DNA from: Candidatus Omnitrophota bacterium
Lineage (GTDB): Bacteria > Hinthialibacterota > Hinthialibacteria > Hinthialibacterales > Hinthialibacteraceae
Assembly (NCBI GenBank): GCA_016934335.1
Contig: JAFGTC010000128.1
Span: 1-37,947 of the forward strand
Length of the DNA stretch: 37,947 nucleotides
Direction of reading: 5' to 3'
Shown here piece after piece: positions 35,050 through 37,947 of this stretch; positions within the stretch are counted from its first letter, which is position 1; the number at the start of each line of letters is the position of its first letter. A model generated the notes under the pieces. That model was given only the letters and a program-made list of their open reading frames with translations, did no database searches and was not told the DNA's origin. Both the position numbers and the translations under genes were made by a program.

Positions 35050-37410
35050 ATGATCCTCAACAAACCCGTGTGGTTTTTTATATGCCTGCTTTTCTTTACT
35101 TTTGCGGGAATTAACGGTCATGCTTCTCCTGTTTTGATTTATGTCGTCGATGAATTTAGAGACACGATCATTGCATCCCCTCAACCGTTTTATCTCATCG
35201 ATGAAGTTGAATGCAAAGCGGAGACTGTTGAGGGGGAAATCGCTTTGACTCTTCCTCTCCGCCATGATCCATATTTTGAGGATTGTTGGAATTTTCGGGT
35301 TATTGAACCGTTTGTGAAAGAGAATCGAGAGTTCATCCTGGAAATCGAGCATTACGATATCGGGGCGGGAATCATCGATGTACAAATGCTGGTTGACGAC
35401 CGTTTTTATGGACAATGGAGAGGCGCCGATCGCAAGGTCTCTTATACGCGCTTGAATACGAATCATCTCCGAAGCGCCTATTTTCATTTTCGAGCGCCGC
35501 AAGCGACTATTTGGAAGCAAAGAAGACTCCCCCATTTCAAGATCACAGGCCTGCAGTATTTAAAGAGCATCAAAGCGCATATCGATGTAGATGAAATGGA
35601 CTGGGGGCAAGCAAAGGAAAACGTTCCGATCGATGTCCAGCCCATGGTTCATCTGGAAAAGCCGATGGATATTGTATGCAGCGCAGGCGTGGCGGTGTTG
35701 TCGGACGCCGAGGCGCTGCACTCGTCTTTGGATGCGCTGCATGAACTGGCGCCGCTGGCTAAGGTTTTGGGATTCAACGCGATCGAGTCGTATGTGAAAT
35801 GGAATTTGATCGAACCTGAAATGGGGCGATTCGATTTCAGCTTTTACGACGAAATCGTGGATAAACTCAAACAATACGACCTGAAGTGGCTTCCTCTCTT
35901 GATCGTCGGTTCGGCCTATTCTCTGCCCGGATGGTTCGCCGAGAGCGAAGAAAATGTGGGCTTCACATGCCTTGAGCATGGATTGTCGAATCCTATTCAA
36001 AGCATTTGGAGCCCCTATCATAAAAAGCATGTCACGCGCGTGTTGACGGCGTTCGGGAAGCATTACGAACCGATGAACATATTGCAGGGCGTCCGTCTTG
36101 GTCCGAGCGGAAATTATGGAGAATCCCAATATCCCGCGGGGGGCAACTGGGGATATAAAGGCGAGCCCATGCATATTCATATCGGCTTTTGGGCCGGCGA
36201 TCCTTACGCGCATCAGGATTTTCATAACTATCTCAAAGACCGCTATGGGTCGATCGCCGACTTGAACGCCGCCTGGAATCAGTCATTCAAATCGTTCGAG
36301 GAAATTCAACCGATCCTGCCGACATTGTGCTACTCGCGCTGGAGGCGGCTGGATATGACGCGCTGGTATACGAAATCCATGTCCGACTGGTGCGACTGGT
36401 GGGCGCAGGAAGCGAGGAAAGCCATGCCTCATACGCCCATCTATCAATCCGCCGGCGGGTGGGGATTTTTGGAGGCGGGAACCGATTATGTGGAGCAAGC
36501 CAAATCGATGGTTAAAATCGGCGGCGGAATCCGGCTGACCAACGAGACGGACAGCTTTCAACAGAATTTCTACGCCACCCGGCTGGCGGCGACGGCGGCG
36601 CGATTGTATGGAATCGATCTAGGATTCGAGCCCGCGAGTTCTCATACCGCCCGCGGAACCGTCGGGAGGCTGTTCAACACTATAACCACGAACGGCGATC
36701 ATTTTTTCACGTATCATTCGAACATCTTCAGCCGGCAAATGGCCATCCAAAAGTGGATCGACCACTATGAAATGCTCGACTTTCGCCAGGATCCCATCGT
36801 CGATGTCGCTCTGTATTATCCGGAGACCATGAATCAATTGGACGACGGCGCCTTCAGGCATCTCTATGCATGGGGATTCAACCCGCGCGCCCGTGAAATT
36901 CGCCGCCATATCGAAGTGGATTATTTGAATGAAGAGTTAATTCGGGAAGGATTTCTAGATCGCTACAAAGTTTTGGTCTTCATCTGGGGAAACATCATCG
37001 ACGCGGATGTACTTAAGATCATCGATGAATGGGTAAGGAAAGGCGGCGCCGTCATCTATCCTTCTTTCCCGAAAGGCGATTTGGAAACCATCGATGGAGA
37101 CGCCTCCATTTTTCAAACATGGATGAAAGGCGACGCCGGGCAAGGGCGATTTTACCGGTTTCCCGGAGACATGGAGCCTCCGAGCCTCTACGGCGACTAT
37201 GTCAATGACGAGCTGCTGACCATGCCGAATCTTCATCCGCTCACGCAGAAGACGCTGCAGATTCAACATCCCGACAAGATCTTTTTCAGCGTACAGCAAG
37301 ACGGGCATATACTGGCGTTGAATTTTGGAGACTGCGCAGCGGAATTAGTCATTCCGGAAAACTCCCCGATAACCATTGAACCGTATTCGATACTGCGAAT
37401 TCCTGAATAA
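35050..37410 (+). CDS. Secreted GH42-like (beta-galactosidase-family) glycoside hydrolase domain protein with ~250-aa N-terminal extension
   Basis: Signal peptide MILNKPVWFFICLLFFTFAGINGHA at the internal Met (the track ORF starts at 34888 and overlaps the upstream gene). GFNAIESYVKWNLIEPEMGRFDFSFYDEIVDKLKQYDLKW matches the GH42/GH35 catalytic-domain opening. VLVFIWGNIIDADVLKIIDEWVRKGGAVIY resembles the GH42 trimerisation domain. Confidence 0.55.
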   Translation: MILNKPVWFFICLLFFTFAGINGHASPVLIYVVDEFRDTIIASPQPFYLIDEVECKAETVEGEIALTLPLRHDPYFEDCWNFRVIEPFVKENREFILEIEHYDIGAGIIDVQMLVDDRFYGQWRGADRKVSYTRLNTNHLRSAYFHFRAPQATIWKQRRLPHFKITGLQYLKSIKAHIDVDEMDWGQAKENVPIDVQPMVHLEKPMDIVCSAGVAVLSDAEALHSSLDALHELAPLAKVLGFNAIESYVKWNLIEPEMGRFDFSFYDEIVDKLKQYDLKWLPLLIVGSAYSLPGWFAESEENVGFTCLEHGLSNPIQSIWSPYHKKHVTRVLTAFGKHYEPMNILQGVRLGPSGNYGESQYPAGGNWGYKGEPMHIHIGFWAGDPYAHQDFHNYLKDRYGSIADLNAAWNQSFKSFEEIQPILPTLCYSRWRRLDMTRWYTKSMSDWCDWWAQEARKAMPHTPIYQSAGGWGFLEAGTDYVEQAKSMVKIGGGIRLTNETDSFQQNFYATRLAATAARLYGIDLGFEPASSHTARGTVGRLFNTITTNGDHFFTYHSNIFSRQMAIQKWIDHYEMLDFRQDPIVDVALYYPETMNQLDDGAFRHLYAWGFNPRAREIRRHIEVDYLNEELIREGFLDRYKVLVFIWGNIIDADVLKIIDEWVRKGGAVIYPSFPKGDLETIDGDASIFQTWMKGDAGQGRFYRFPGDMEPPSLYGDYVNDELLTMPNLHPLTQKTLQIQHPDKIFFSVQQDGHILALNFGDCAAELVIPENSPITIEPYSILRIPE

Positions 37411-37447
37411 GGAAAGAGGATCATTCAGCTGAAGATTTTATGGATTG

Positions 37448-37947
37448 TCATTCAGGCGCCGGGATGCCGCTGAATAATTCTTGAAGAGGCATTTCCAGAT
37501 TATCCATCGAAGTCAACGCCATGCTCTGGTTTTCATCAAACACAGCGCCGCGGTCGTATCGACCGTCTTCTCCTAAAATATAGCGCTCCGCATACTTGGC
37601 CTGAGGATCGACAATGATATATTCGCGGACGCCGGATTGCTCGTAGAGATCTTTCTTGTCCCACCTGTCTTTTTTCGAAGTCGACGGGCTGAGAATTTCA
37701 ATGACCAAATCGGGAGCGCCCTGGATATTCTTTTCGGTGATTTTATTTGGATCGCAAACGACAAACACATCAGGCTGGACGACGCTGCTCTCTGAGAAGA
37801 CGACATCGACGGGCGACACAAACGGCCGGCAGTTGCGCCCTCGCAGCGCAGCATTCAAGAAAGCATAGAAACTGCCAACGGAGGTCTGATGAAGAACGGA
37901 AGGTGCGGGGGACATATCGTAGGCGACGCCGTCGATGATTTCCCAAC
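37448..37947 (-). CDS. Uma2-family (DUF820) PD-(D/E)XK endonuclease, N-terminus cut by the window edge
   Basis: PDLVIEILSPSTSKKDRWDKKDLYEQSGVREYIIVDP is the hallmark Uma2 core. The reading frame stays open upstream of the track Met to the window end and encodes WEIIDGVAYDM (the Uma2 E-hydrophobic-I-D-G motif). Confidence 0.8.
   Translation of the reverse strand, partial: WEIIDGVAYDMSPAPSVLHQTSVGSFYAFLNAALRGRNCRPFVSPVDVVFSESSVVQPDVFVVCDPNKITEKNIQGAPDLVIEILSPSTSKKDRWDKKDLYEQSGVREYIIVDPQAKYAERYILGEDGRYDRGAVFDENQSMALTSMDNLEMPLQELFSGIPAPE

Noticed and set aside
1-37947. CRISPR arrays, IS elements or integrase genes
   Set aside because: No regularly spaced direct repeats, terminal inverted repeats flanking a transposase, or DDE/tyrosine-recombinase-like translations were seen anywhere in the window.

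Overview
This is a 37.9-kb bacterial chromosomal window, roughly 55% GC with a few sharply AT-rich intergenic islets. It is a gene-dense mix of housekeeping operons and less ordinary content, and has no rRNA, canonical tRNA, CRISPR array or transposase. Strand blocks run 1-4162 (+), 4211-22009 (-), 22222-26496 (+), 26529-32873 (-), 33207-37410 (+) and 37448-end (-). The housekeeping core is the classic coaD / rpmF-plsX-fabH-fabD-fabG-acpP-fabF cluster, with DAHP synthase, cspA, dus, dsbD, trkA, glycerate kinase, a LysM-M23 peptidase and ychF. Three regions deserve a second look. First, the 5' edge holds a translationally coupled trio: a CbbQ/NorQ-type AAA+ ATPase (truncated by the window start), a 612-aa partner with no von Willebrand A metal-site motif, and a MazG-like NTP pyrophosphohydrolase. 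It is followed by a 430-bp AT-rich spacer carrying a tRNA-like T-arm/acceptor fragment. Second, a minus-strand module at 4211-10623 contains a small ORF with a twin-arginine (Tat) motif and four cysteines, a Tat-exported NapG-like polyferredoxin, and an atypical NapH-like membrane polyferredoxin. Downstream sit three membrane-anchored beta-propeller proteins (PQQ-like x2, NHL x1), with no haem motifs and no Nap catalytic subunit nearby. Third, a low-GC ORFan islet at 13122-13750 is wedged between an OPT transporter and fabF. Other notable items are a membrane / coiled-coil / double zinc-ribbon protein next to the M23 peptidase, a repeat-rich divergent promoter ahead of two tandem secreted glycoside-hydrolase-like genes, and a Uma2 (DUF820) nuclease cut by the 3' edge. 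All functional calls rest on motifs read directly from the translations; no database search was possible.
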